Assembly (NCBI GenBank): GCA_963700985.1
Contig: OY969554.1
Coordinates: forward strand, 704,001-768,000
DNA length: 64,000 nt
Direction: 5' to 3'
Source: an uncultured Chlamydiales bacterium
GTDB taxonomy: Bacteria; Chlamydiota; Chlamydiia; Chlamydiales; Rhabdochlamydiaceae
Positions 9,268 to 18,849 of this stretch are shown piece after piece. The number at the start of each line of letters is the position of its first letter. The stretch's first letter is position 1. The translations under genes and the position numbers were made by a program. Under the pieces are notes generated by a model. It searched no databases, was not told the origin of the DNA, and saw only the letters and a program-made list of their open reading frames with translations.

Positions 9268-9392
9268 AGCCGTCAGCAATCGAGATGCCCCCCTTTCGCT
9301 GCAGCTTCAGCTTCAGCCATTGACTTTAGCTTCCTTCTCTCGTTAGACTATTTCCTCTTCAACAATTTTTTTATTTTTTAGAGGAGATTTTC

Positions 9393-12300
9393 ATGGCAGC
9401 AGTAGGAGCATCTAAACCAGTTCCGGGATTAGCGCACGGCGATTCTTCAACTATCCCACCCGGTCTGGCTGCAAGCCACACCTATCCTCGTTCGCCTTGG
9501 CTTTTCAGCAAAAGCCTATTTGAAAGGCTCAAAAAGCTAGAAGCTGCTGAAGCACCTAGAACTTTTACAGCCTGCACGATTGAAAGAAGCGATCCCGAAT
9601 ACAATTTTGTCCTGCAGTACTTTAATCACACCAAACCCGCAGGGCGCGCCATTAGAAGCATGCGCGCAATATATAACCCCGGGCTAACTCAAGGTTACGT
9701 AGCCATGCTCCGAAGTATCGAAGCGCGCGCTCCCAAACTTCGTGATACGTGGAAAGAAGAAGCGCCAATAGCACAGCGTGAAAAGACCATGAAAAGATGG
9801 GAAGCACAAGTTGCGCAGTTCTCCCCTATTCATATCAAGTCGTCCAAAAGAACAGATGTCCTAACACAGACTTATAATGTTCCTCTTTGGCATGCAACTG
9901 CGCGTGCGGATGACATCTGCGCCGATGGGTTTGCAATTTCTGGAAAACATCATCTTGTGGAGTCTTCAGCTAAAGTCGCAAAAGCCGGCACCTTTGCTAG
10001 TACAGATCTGGGTTTTTTCGGGAGTGCCGCCTATTTAACCAATAGCGTGCGTTATGCCGCTATGTACTATCCCGAAACCGTTCTTCTCGCCTGGGGCTGC
10101 ATGGGAAAACCTTATCCCGTAGTCAGCGATTTTCCTATTCCTAAGAAGGCAACTGACATGACCAAGCTAGAGGGACAAGGTGGCTACCAGCATTTCACAA
10201 CGCACTTCATTCCTGTACACTCTGCATATCCCAAAGATCCAACCAACATGATCTATCACCCTTGTTTTGAAACAGAGGTGCCCGAATGCGATGAGTACGC
10301 ATTTTTCTCAACCTTTCAAGTCTTACCCTACATTTGCATAGATCTAGGGATTGATTTTCCAGCTGCACCTTCAACACCTACTACAGTGCAGACTCTTTTA
10401 GATCTCGTTCTCAAACTCGTCGACAATCCCCAAATCGAACAAGATGCAGATCTAAACGCACTCTTATCTTCCAAAGCAGAGACGCTTCTCTCTACAGATG
10501 CTGCTGATCCCCTTTCTCCACAGGACCAAGAATTTTTCCGCAAAGTTCAGCGGCTTGTAAGCCCCGAAGGCACCCTCAGCCGTTTCATCAAGCAAAGCCT
10601 TCTCGCTAAGCCAAGCGGCGCCCCTAAGGAAAAACTTGAATACAAAAAACCTGCGCCCGTCGAAAAACCTTCGGCTTTGGCACCCGCAAAACCTGCTCTT
10701 GCGCCGTTAACTGGAGATGAATTTTTTGTTTTGTCTGGCGAAGTCAAAGATGGTGATGCCGAAGCTTTACGCTTGTTGAGAATGCATGCGGAGGCTGGAG
10801 AGGCAGGAGCACAAAGCTATCTTGGGTTTACGTACAGATATGGCTTAGGCGTAGCCAAGGATGAGCGAGAGGCTATGAAGTGGTACAAAATGGCTGCTGC
10901 GCAAGGAGATGCTGAAGCAGAAAGCGCACTCAAAGAATTGTCATCTCTAGATGAGAATGAGAAAGAGTCACCACTTGTAGAGTTAACCAAAGATCAATTG
11001 GATGCCTTGTTTAAGAAAGCTGATGAAGAAGCTTTGCGAACATTGAGATCCCATGCGGAAGCGGGAGAACCAGCTGCACAATCCACGCTTGGTGAGGTGT
11101 TTGAACAAGGCAAAGGCGTTCTTAAGGATGAAAGCCAGGCATTCCAATGGTATCAAAAGGTTGCTGAGCAAGGATTTGCCAGGGAACAATGTTGGCTTGG
11201 TGAAATGTGCGAACACGGCAAAGGTGTTACTAAGGATATCAATCGGGCAATTCACTGGTATAGACTTGCCGCTGCACAAGAAAATGCCGATGCAGAAAGC
11301 GCTCTTAAAAGATTAACAGCTCAGGACTCAGACGTAACAAAACCATTTGCAGTTACGCTAACATTAGATCAGCATAATGCCTTATATCTCAAAGCTCAAA
11401 AGGATGCCGCAGCTTTACGCACTTTGAGAACGCATGCAGAGGCTGGCGAGGTTGAGGCGCAATACAATCTCGGACTCATATACTCGCTTGGTTTAGGCAC
11501 TGTTGAGAATAAGCCAGAAGGTGATAAGTGGTTCAAACTGGCGATTAGGGGTTATAAGTTGCTTGCGGATCAAGGGGATGTGCATGCTTGTCACAATCTG
11601 GCAATGATGTTCTCAAGTGGCCAAGGCGTAACCGAAGATAAACATGAAGCCGCAAGATGGAGCCAATTGGCTGCTGAGCGTGGACATGCACCCTCACAGT
11701 ATTATCTGGGCTTGGGGTTTGAAGTAGGATCAAGTAGTGGTGGTAAAGATATCGAAATGGCGCGTTACTGGTATGGACTTGCTGCAAAACAAGGACATAC
11801 TGAAGCAGAGAAACATCTCAAAAATTTAGCGTCTTCCGAAAAAGTAGAACATAAAAAACCTGCCATCGTATCAGCTGCACCAAGTGCATCAATGACTTCC
11901 ATTGGCACAAAAGCCGTCGCAGCAATCAGTGCTATAGATCTAAAAAAACAGTTTCCAAAGCTGGAAATTTTCGATGGATCTGTTTGGGAAACACATGCGA
12001 ATCTAACAACTTTAGGCCTACATATAAGTGATGAACCACCTCTTAATGTAAGTCTCATCCCGTTCTTGAAAACGCTCTTTGCTTCTTGGAAAATAGAAGA
12101 TGACGCAGGAATTACGATTTTGACTCTACCAGCGGGGCTTACATTAAGAAAGCTCGCGAAAGTTGCAGTATCTCCTAAATGTGGCAATCCAACTAAACTA
12201 GAAGACATTTGGGAAAATGCCCTAAAAGCTCTCGGCGATGTTCCTGTCGAGAGAACATATAGAGTGGCAATCACAAATAATGTGCTTAAAGGAAGCAGAA

Positions 12301-12635
12301 AATTATCTGTAAATAACCAGTCAAGTCTTCAGGAAAGCGGGGGCACGCTCCCTGGAGTATTACCTGTAGCTGCTCTTTCTATTTTAACTTTTATAAGTTC
12401 TAAAATATCGTTTTTTAAAGGTCCAACCCGTTTATATGGCAACAAGCCATTGACCTACACCTATACTAATGAAAAGGTAGATGGGCAAACTTTGGTTGTT
12501 GGAGGGTTCCTGAACGGACCTACAATCACCCATCCTCTCTGGCCTGGGCCCGATATTATTTATGAAAAAATCGGTGGCGGAAGCATGAATAGGCTGTATG
12601 AAAATTCTGACTCGCATTCTGCTTTAGACGAATAG
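9393..12635 (+). CDS. Multidomain candidate effector: PARP-like ADP-ribosyltransferase, Sel1-like repeats, C-terminal domain of unknown function
   Basis: PLWHAT, TDLGFFGSAAYLTNSVRYA, DEYAFFSTFQVLPY; SLR units such as AQSYLGFTYRYGLGVAKDEREAMKWYKMAAAQG; GAGGAG RBS. Confidence 0.85.
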   Translation: MAAVGASKPVPGLAHGDSSTIPPGLAASHTYPRSPWLFSKSLFERLKKLEAAEAPRTFTACTIERSDPEYNFVLQYFNHTKPAGRAIRSMRAIYNPGLTQGYVAMLRSIEARAPKLRDTWKEEAPIAQREKTMKRWEAQVAQFSPIHIKSSKRTDVLTQTYNVPLWHATARADDICADGFAISGKHHLVESSAKVAKAGTFASTDLGFFGSAAYLTNSVRYAAMYYPETVLLAWGCMGKPYPVVSDFPIPKKATDMTKLEGQGGYQHFTTHFIPVHSAYPKDPTNMIYHPCFETEVPECDEYAFFSTFQVLPYICIDLGIDFPAAPSTPTTVQTLLDLVLKLVDNPQIEQDADLNALLSSKAETLLSTDAADPLSPQDQEFFRKVQRLVSPEGTLSRFIKQSLLAKPSGAPKEKLEYKKPAPVEKPSALAPAKPALAPLTGDEFFVLSGEVKDGDAEALRLLRMHAEAGEAGAQSYLGFTYRYGLGVAKDEREAMKWYKMAAAQGDAEAESALKELSSLDENEKESPLVELTKDQLDALFKKADEEALRTLRSHAEAGEPAAQSTLGEVFEQGKGVLKDESQAFQWYQKVAEQGFAREQCWLGEMCEHGKGVTKDINRAIHWYRLAAAQENADAESALKRLTAQDSDVTKPFAVTLTLDQHNALYLKAQKDAAALRTLRTHAEAGEVEAQYNLGLIYSLGLGTVENKPEGDKWFKLAIRGYKLLADQGDVHACHNLAMMFSSGQGVTEDKHEAARWSQLAAERGHAPSQYYLGLGFEVGSSSGGKDIEMARYWYGLAAKQGHTEAEKHLKNLASSEKVEHKKPAIVSAAPSASMTSIGTKAVAAISAIDLKKQFPKLEIFDGSVWETHANLTTLGLHISDEPPLNVSLIPFLKTLFASWKIEDDAGITILTLPAGLTLRKLAKVAVSPKCGNPTKLEDIWENALKALGDVPVERTYRVAITNNVLKGSRKLSVNNQSSLQESGGTLPGVLPVAALSILTFISSKISFFKGPTRLYGNKPLTYTYTNEKVDGQTLVVGGFLNGPTITHPLWPGPDIIYEKIGGGSMNRLYENSDSHSALDE

Positions 12636-12637
12636 TT

Positions 12638-12660
12638 AAGGGCGGAAGATTTCCGCCCTT
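12638..12660. terminator. Hairpin between convergent genes, identical to 9241-9263
   Basis: AAGGGCGGAAGATTTCCGCCCTT directly after the stop of the 1080-aa gene. Confidence 0.6.
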
Positions 12661-12690
12661 AGTGACCAATCAGATGATTCTGATGATGTT

Positions 12691-13401
12691 TTAGACGATA
12701 ACGCAGATCCTAACCTCTTGATGGATCCCAAAACATGGTCCACAGCACTCCGGACAGCCGCAATTGTGACCAGTATCACAATAATCGAGATGTCCATCTT
12801 TCCAAGGCTCTTCGGCAGATATATAGGCTCCACCAATATGTGGTACTAACTCTGTCTTCACACCGGTCCACAACTTATCATTTTTAAAGGTTCCTGCCTC
12901 GTAAGTGCCGCTCGTTCTTTGATATCGACCCTGACCTTCTAAACGGCCATTCACAAACTGACCTTCATATTTGTTTCCATTCGTCCATACTTTAGTTCCC
13001 TGGCCATGAGCGTTGCCATCGACAAAATCTCCATTATAGGTAGCAACATCAGAAGCGAAGTATTTCATCAATCCCTTGCCATGAGGTTTTCCATCTTTAA
13101 CATCTCCAGTGTATTTGTCTCCGTTTGGAAATGTTATCGTCTCAACTTTAGGTTCAAGACTAAGTGAAAGCGTTAAATCTTCTAGTTTTACACCCTGTTG
13201 CTGTCGGCTCTGTGCGGCCATCAACTGTGCAAAGAGCTTTGCATCGATTACAACGGTGTCTTGCGCAGGTGCGGATGATACGGTGCTGACACTCACAGAT
13301 GGGGGTACATATTTGCGATCTGACTCGGCGCCATAGCTTGTCGCTTGTGCTGACGCTGTAGATCCAGCGCTATAAGTTGAGGATAGTGGTACTGTACTCA
13401 T
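12691..13401 (-). CDS. MORN-repeat protein with Cys cluster and C-terminal CaaX box (CVIV)
   Basis: YTGDVKDGKPHGKG, YNGDFVDGNAHGQG, YEGQFVNGRLEGQG; paralog of 7723-8448; ATG 13401 after AAGGAG. Confidence 0.88.
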   Translation of the reverse strand: MSTVPLSSTYSAGSTASAQATSYGAESDRKYVPPSVSVSTVSSAPAQDTVVIDAKLFAQLMAAQSRQQQGVKLEDLTLSLSLEPKVETITFPNGDKYTGDVKDGKPHGKGLMKYFASDVATYNGDFVDGNAHGQGTKVWTNGNKYEGQFVNGRLEGQGRYQRTSGTYEAGTFKNDKLWTGVKTELVPHIGGAYISAEEPWKDGHLDYCDTGHNCGCPECCGPCFGIHQEVRICVIV

Positions 13402-13523
13402 AAAATTCTCCTTTTCTTGTTCTTGAAGTAGACATTCCAAATCGGTTTGGAAAATTCGCAAACAGGCTAATAAAAAATTGGCTATATCTCAAGAGAATAT
13501 TTAAGAAATTGTAAAGATTCTTC

Positions 13524-14837
13524 TTAGAGAAGAAGTAGCGCGGGGTTCTCTAAGAACTTCTGCACAGCTTTGATGAATTTGGCAGCATCGGCACCATCGA
13601 CCACGCGATGGTCGGCTGAAAGCGTGATGGTCATAATCTTGCCGGGCACAACCTGTCCGTCGCGAACGATCGCCTTATCTTCAATAGCGCTGATCGCCAA
13701 GATCGAAGATTGAGGTGGGTTGATCACGGCCACAAAGTCAGAAACTCCAAACATCCCGAGATTTGAGATGGTGAAAGAACCACCCATGTATTCTTCACGC
13801 GCGAGTTTGCCATGGCGGGCTTTTTCTGCGAGGATCTTGACCTCGGAAGAAATCTGTCCCAGATTCTTGTAATCTGCATGCCGGAGAATAGGCGTAATAA
13901 GTCCGTGTGGCAAGCTGACCGCAATAGAAATATCAATCGTCTTAAAGCGGATAATGTTGGAAGTGACGCTATTAAACCCACTGTTGACCACGGGATGCTC
14001 GCGTAGAGCCAGCGCGCAGGCACGTACAATGAAATCATTCACAGAGACTTTTACGCCGCCCTTTTTAAGCTGCTCGCGTGTGTTTACAAGTGTATCCATT
14101 TGCACTTCTTGTCTTACGTAGAAATGCGGGATAAAAGCTTTAGAGTCTTGCAATCTTTTAGCAATTACCTTGCGCATGGGAGAAAGAGGCTCTTCTTCGT
14201 AGCTGCCTGGTGGGATCTCTGGTGTTTCTCTGCGTCCAAAAGTAACTGTGCCGGAAGGTTGACCATGCTCAAGATCACGGCTGGTAATTCTGCCTTGCGG
14301 GCCTGTGCCTTTTACGGTTGAAAGATCAATGCCGCGCTCTTTGGCTAAGCGACGCGCAAGGGGGGAAATGGGTTGATGTCCTTCTAGCGCTTCGGTGGGT
14401 GCAGTAAAGACGTAATTTTGTAGAGCAGGTTCAGGAGTAAAGGCTGGCTGTTGCAGGCCCCCTACAGAAGGAGTAGAAGTCGGTTGAGCCGCTAAAGCTT
14501 CTTTGGGCTTTTCTTCAGCTTTTACAGAAACAGGAGTTGCAGGTGCCGCAGCTTTTGGAGCTGCGCCTTCGGGTTGATACCCTTCAATGCTCTCATTTGC
14601 TTTTTCAGTGAAGATAGCCACTGGCTGGTTAACAATCGCCGTTTCGCCCTCTTTAACAAGAATCTTACGCAGAAAGCCTTCATCTAGCGCGTTATGCTCA
14701 ACGGTAGCTTTATCGGTGGCCACCTCAAAGAGTACATCGCCGGCTTTAACTTGTTCGCCTTCTTTTTTGCGCCACTTGGTAATTGTTCCCTCTTCCATGG
14801 TTGGAGAGAGTTTCGGCATCGTGAGAGTAAAAGGCAT
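13524..14837 (-). CDS. pdhC: Pyruvate dehydrogenase E2 dihydrolipoamide acetyltransferase
   Basis: MPKLSPTMEEG, lipoyl motif ATDKA, E3-binding SPLARRLA, catalytic DHRVVDG. Confidence 0.97.
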   Translation of the reverse strand: MPFTLTMPKLSPTMEEGTITKWRKKEGEQVKAGDVLFEVATDKATVEHNALDEGFLRKILVKEGETAIVNQPVAIFTEKANESIEGYQPEGAAPKAAAPATPVSVKAEEKPKEALAAQPTSTPSVGGLQQPAFTPEPALQNYVFTAPTEALEGHQPISPLARRLAKERGIDLSTVKGTGPQGRITSRDLEHGQPSGTVTFGRRETPEIPPGSYEEEPLSPMRKVIAKRLQDSKAFIPHFYVRQEVQMDTLVNTREQLKKGGVKVSVNDFIVRACALALREHPVVNSGFNSVTSNIIRFKTIDISIAVSLPHGLITPILRHADYKNLGQISSEVKILAEKARHGKLAREEYMGGSFTISNLGMFGVSDFVAVINPPQSSILAISAIEDKAIVRDGQVVPGKIMTITLSADHRVVDGADAAKFIKAVQKFLENPALLLL

Positions 14838-14849
14838 TTTTTGTGAACC

Positions 14850-15827
14850 TTAGGCTAAAACTTCTTCAATGGCTTGCGTAATTCTTTCCCGTGTGGGCAT
14901 CGTCTCTTTTTCCAAAGTCTTGGAATAGGGCATAGGTGTTTCGCGCTGGGCAACGCGCTTAATCGGTGCATCGAGAAAGTCAAAACAATGCTCCATAATC
15001 TGAAACCCGACTTCAGCACAAATGCCCGTAAAAATATGTCCTTCTTCAACCAACACACAGCGATGCGTTTTACGCACAGAGTCCGCGATCGTTGTAATAT
15101 CAAGCGGTTTAATTGTGCGCAAATCGATGACTTCTACTTGGATGCCTTTTTTGGCTAATTCATCAGCCACAGCTTTACACAGCGTAACCATGCGGCTATG
15201 CGAAACAAGCGTAACGTGATTCCCTTCTTTAACAATGCGCGCTTTGCCAATCGGAACCAGATAGGGTTCGGTTGGAATTTCCATTTTATCATTATAAGCG
15301 AGTTCATTTTCTAAAAAGAGCACTGGATTATTGCAGCGAATCGCACTTTTTAAAAGCCCTTTGGCATCATAAGCATTACTTGGGGCGATGATGACTAGGC
15401 CAGGAAAATTCCCGTAGATAGCTTCAACGCAGTGTGAGTGTTGTGACGAGACTTGTGCAGCTGCACCATTAGGTCCACGAAAGACAACAGGCACTTTATA
15501 GCGATCGCCAGACATGTAATACATCTTGATCGCATTAGAGATGATCTGATCGCAGCCAACAAAGGAAAAGTTAAAGCTCATGAACTCAACCACAGGTCGA
15601 AGACCTGTCATGGCCGCGCCTACGGCTAAGCCAGCAAAACCGAGTTCAGCAATGGGAGTGTCGATGACTCGCTGAGGTCCCCATTTGGCTAACATGCCCT
15701 TGGTAACTTTATAAGCGCCGTTATATTCAGCAACTTCTTCGCCCATGATGAAGACAGCTGGATCTCTCTCCATCTCTTCATCCATGGCTTGCCTTAGCGC
15801 TTCGCGCATTTCTACAATTTGCGTCAT
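14850..15827 (-). CDS. pdhB: Pyruvate dehydrogenase E1 beta subunit
   Basis: GEEVAEYNGAYKVT, DTPIAE, SQHSH; operon context. Confidence 0.97.
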   Translation of the reverse strand: MTQIVEMREALRQAMDEEMERDPAVFIMGEEVAEYNGAYKVTKGMLAKWGPQRVIDTPIAELGFAGLAVGAAMTGLRPVVEFMSFNFSFVGCDQIISNAIKMYYMSGDRYKVPVVFRGPNGAAAQVSSQHSHCVEAIYGNFPGLVIIAPSNAYDAKGLLKSAIRCNNPVLFLENELAYNDKMEIPTEPYLVPIGKARIVKEGNHVTLVSHSRMVTLCKAVADELAKKGIQVEVIDLRTIKPLDITTIADSVRKTHRCVLVEEGHIFTGICAEVGFQIMEHCFDFLDAPIKRVAQRETPMPYSKTLEKETMPTRERITQAIEEVLA

Positions 15828-15833
15828 CGTAAT

Positions 15834-16886
15834 TTATAACCCCGGAGCAAAAACGTCTTTTTCAAGTTCAATTGGATTAGGCCATGGGCTCTCTTCAGCA
15901 TATTTCATCGCAGCAACCACGATCTCTTTCTGCTCTTTATCCATAGCTTGATATTCAGCTTCAGTGATCATGCCAAGCGAAGAGAGTGTTTTAAACATAA
16001 TGATCAGCGGATCGCGTTCCATGCACTCTTTCAATGTATCTTTAGAGCGGTAGAGCGCAGGATCAGAAATTGAGTGTCCGCGGAAGCGCTCGGTAACAAC
16101 TTCAACTAGCACAGGGCGTGATGTCTTTTTCATCTCTTCATAAACATGCTGGAATCCCGCATAGCAGTTGAAGAAATCCATTCCATCAAACGTGTAACCT
16201 TTTATGCCAAAACTGGGAGCTTTGAGTTCCGCGATAGGCTCAGCAGAAATTGCTCTTTCGACATGCGTTCCCATGCCCCACTGGTTGTTCTCAATTACAT
16301 AAATGCAAGGGAGATCCCAGAGCGCGGCAATATTAATCGATTCATGGAAGGAGCCTTGTGCAACTGCACCATCACCCATAAAACAGAGTGACACTTCACA
16401 GGGAGCCACAGGCTGATTCAGTTTTACATTCTTCGCATATTTGATGGTAAAGGCAGCGCCTGTGCCAATAGGAATCTGACCGCCGACAATGCCAAATCCA
16501 CCTAAAAGGCGGTCGGTAAAAAAGTGCATTGAGCCACCTCTACCTTTCGCATTGCCTGTGGCTTTTCCATAGAGTTCAGCCATTAGCTCATTTGGTGTCG
16601 CCCCAAGCAGAAGCGCAAATCCATGACAGCGATAAGTGGTAGACCACCACTGATCGCGGCCCATAACTGCATAAGCAGAAGCTGCGATCGCCTCTTGACC
16701 CATGTAAGAATGAAAAAAACCGCCTACTTTGCCTTGCTGATAAGCAGATTCTGCACGGATTTCAAAATTGCGAATAAGCAGCATGGATTTCAAGACGCTA
16801 AGAAGTTTTTCGGCGCCAATTGAACGCGCGAGCTTCTCACTATCGTGCTGGAAAAAATGGTATTGAACTTGTTTATGCTGTGTCAT
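15834..16886 (-). CDS. pdhA: Pyruvate dehydrogenase E1 alpha subunit
   Basis: GRGGSMH, TPP motif GDGA...ENNQWGMG, RFRGHSISDP. Confidence 0.97.
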   Translation of the reverse strand: MTQHKQVQYHFFQHDSEKLARSIGAEKLLSVLKSMLLIRNFEIRAESAYQQGKVGGFFHSYMGQEAIAASAYAVMGRDQWWSTTYRCHGFALLLGATPNELMAELYGKATGNAKGRGGSMHFFTDRLLGGFGIVGGQIPIGTGAAFTIKYAKNVKLNQPVAPCEVSLCFMGDGAVAQGSFHESINIAALWDLPCIYVIENNQWGMGTHVERAISAEPIAELKAPSFGIKGYTFDGMDFFNCYAGFQHVYEEMKKTSRPVLVEVVTERFRGHSISDPALYRSKDTLKECMERDPLIIMFKTLSSLGMITEAEYQAMDKEQKEIVVAAMKYAEESPWPNPIELEKDVFAPGL

Positions 16887-16894
16887 GAGCTAGC

Positions 16895-17074
16895 CTAAAA
16901 ACCAGCACCCGGGACACTTCTCACCGGGCTATTACTACCGATGATGTGCGGGTTATTTGTGGTAGGCACAGTATGAAGGTCATCATCAGAATGGGCTTGA
17001 TAACAACCAGATAGGGTGAGGGCACAAAATGCCGCCAGAGAGAAAATTATAGTATTTCTTTGCATTAAGATCAT
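16895..17074 (-). CDS. Small lipoprotein
   Basis: Hydrophobic signal ending in lipobox LSGC; AGGAG before ATG 17074. Confidence 0.7.
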   Translation of the reverse strand: MILMQRNTIIFSLAAFCALTLSGCYQAHSDDDLHTVPTTNNPHIIGSNSPVRSVPGAGF

Positions 17075-17121
17075 CGCACTCCTTCTCATAATGCGACCCA
17101 GATTAGCAAATACAGAAAAAA

Positions 17122-17691
17122 TCATCTATCTTTATCACGAAGCTGATAGAGACGGCAGCCTCTATCCTTGAGAAGCTGAAACTGTTTTTTATACTTTTTG
17201 ACGAGTGCTCGGTCTTGGATAATCAGGGCATTTTCTTGATTTGAGTGGTCGGCTTTATGCGTCAGATTAAAAGAGCCAGTCCAGAGAATTTTATCTCCAA
17301 AAAGGCAAAATTTATCATGCATAAGCGACGATCTTTCATCCTTTGTACTTGAAGGAGGCGGCGACCATACTAAAATTGGAATATTGGCTTGTGCCATCTT
17401 ATTTAATGCCGAAGAGAAGTTGAGCGAAAAAGGATCGACGATAAGCTCGATCTGTACTCCGCGTTTTTTCGCTTCACATAGTGCCAGAGCAATCTTCGTA
17501 TGCGAAAAAGCGTAGCTTGCGATGAAAATGCTCTTTTCTTCTTCGTCGATTAGGCTGATTAATCGCTCAGCAAGATGATCATCAGGAGAAAAGAGAACCT
17601 CGCAGGCATTCTTCTCCCCTGCCGCTTTTGCCGCATGCAGCGGAACAAAACACACCAGAAGTAGAAGCAGCAGATATCTAAAAACAGACAT
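17122..17691 (-). CDS. Phospholipase D superfamily (Nuc-like, single HK motif) secreted protein
   Basis: Signal peptide, LFSP, SIFIASY, MHDKF...WTGSFN...NQEN. Confidence 0.88.
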   Translation of the reverse strand: MSVFRYLLLLLLVCFVPLHAAKAAGEKNACEVLFSPDDHLAERLISLIDEEEKSIFIASYAFSHTKIALALCEAKKRGVQIELIVDPFSLNFSSALNKMAQANIPILVWSPPPSSTKDERSSLMHDKFCLFGDKILWTGSFNLTHKADHSNQENALIIQDRALVKKYKKQFQLLKDRGCRLYQLRDKDR

Positions 17692-17782
17692 ACAAAAAAA
17701 TATATCAACACTTCCCAAATTGTGCAATTTTTTCTTCACATCAATTTTAATTATAAGAAGAAAATTTCTGTTTAGATCAACT

Positions 17783-17975
17783 CTGGCTGCTCGTGCGCTT
17801 ATTTCCCGCCAGACTTCGTCTTATTGGCAGGTCCCTTCTCGCGTCACCTCACAGTACCCATCTAAGAATAGAAAGCAGATTCGGGTTTCTTACGTTGGTT
17901 CTGCGAGATGAGGCGCAAGGGAGGCAGCGGGAGGCGCGGACACTTCAGTGCCGTGCCTCCGACATGTCTAATGCC
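17783..17975. ncRNA. Candidate structured RNA or palindromic element (unassigned)
   Basis: GC-rich intergenic island with a long imperfect hairpin at 17832-17922 and a second hairpin at 17930-17960. Confidence 0.35.
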
Positions 17976-18078
17976 ATCATTTAAGAAACCTTTAATTAAT
18001 TCTAATTACCAAAATCTTTCAGTTAGCGGTTGAAAAATGGGGGTTGTGGATTTTGAAAATGTGCACTAGACTGAGGAT

Positions 18079-18771
18079 ATGTCAAAACGTCCAATCTACT
18101 ACGACACTGAGACCACTGGGATCAGCGCAGCCAAAGATCGAATTGTGGAAATCGCCGCATTTGATCCGGTGCAAAACCGCACCTTCGTGCAGTTTGTAAA
18201 TCCAGGTATGCCTATTCCAAAAGAAGCTTCAGCAATCCACCACATCACAGATGAGATGGTTAAAGACGCTCCAACATGGCAAGAGATCGGACGCACTTTT
18301 GAAGAGTTCTGTGGCAGTGACACTGTGCTCATTGCCCATAACAACGATTCATTCGACAAGGTCTTTTTGGAAGAAGAATATAAACGCAATCAGATGACGA
18401 TGCCAGAGTGGCCATTTATCGATTCACTCAAGTGGGCCCGCAAATACCGCAGCGACCTTCCAAGGCACACGCTTCAAATTCTGCGCGAAGTTTATAACAT
18501 CCCTGCAAATCAAGCCCACCGCGCGCTTGATGACGTGATGGTCTTAAGTGAAGTCTTTTCACAGATGATCGATGATCTTTCTATGGAACAAGTGATCGAT
18601 CTTCTAGCCAAGCCCACCAAGCTCGACAGAATGCCTTTTGGAAAGCACCAAGGTAAGATTTTATCTAGTGTGCCAAAGGATTACATCGCTTGGCTTGGAT
18701 CGAGTGGTGCTTTCGATAAGGCTGACAACAAAGAATTGAAAGCTGCCTTCGAAAAACTCGGCATGCTCTAA
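18079..18771 (+). CDS. dnaQ: DnaQ-like DEDDh 3'-5' exonuclease with C-terminal MPFGKH (DUF3820-like) domain
   Basis: YDTETTG, IAHNNDSFD, AHRALDD motifs. Confidence 0.88.
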   Translation: MSKRPIYYDTETTGISAAKDRIVEIAAFDPVQNRTFVQFVNPGMPIPKEASAIHHITDEMVKDAPTWQEIGRTFEEFCGSDTVLIAHNNDSFDKVFLEEEYKRNQMTMPEWPFIDSLKWARKYRSDLPRHTLQILREVYNIPANQAHRALDDVMVLSEVFSQMIDDLSMEQVIDLLAKPTKLDRMPFGKHQGKILSSVPKDYIAWLGSSGAFDKADNKELKAAFEKLGML

Positions 18772-18849
18772 CCTCCCCTTACTACACTCTCCGCAGAGAA
18801 AAAAAAGTGGAATCTGCTTTCAGAGCTAACTTATGTTCTAAGGAAAATA

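Noticed and set aside
17783-17975. Retron msr-msd, SRP RNA, tmRNA or RNase P RNA
   Set aside because: No reverse transcriptase in the window and none of the conserved signature sequences found on either strand; kept only as an unassigned structured element.
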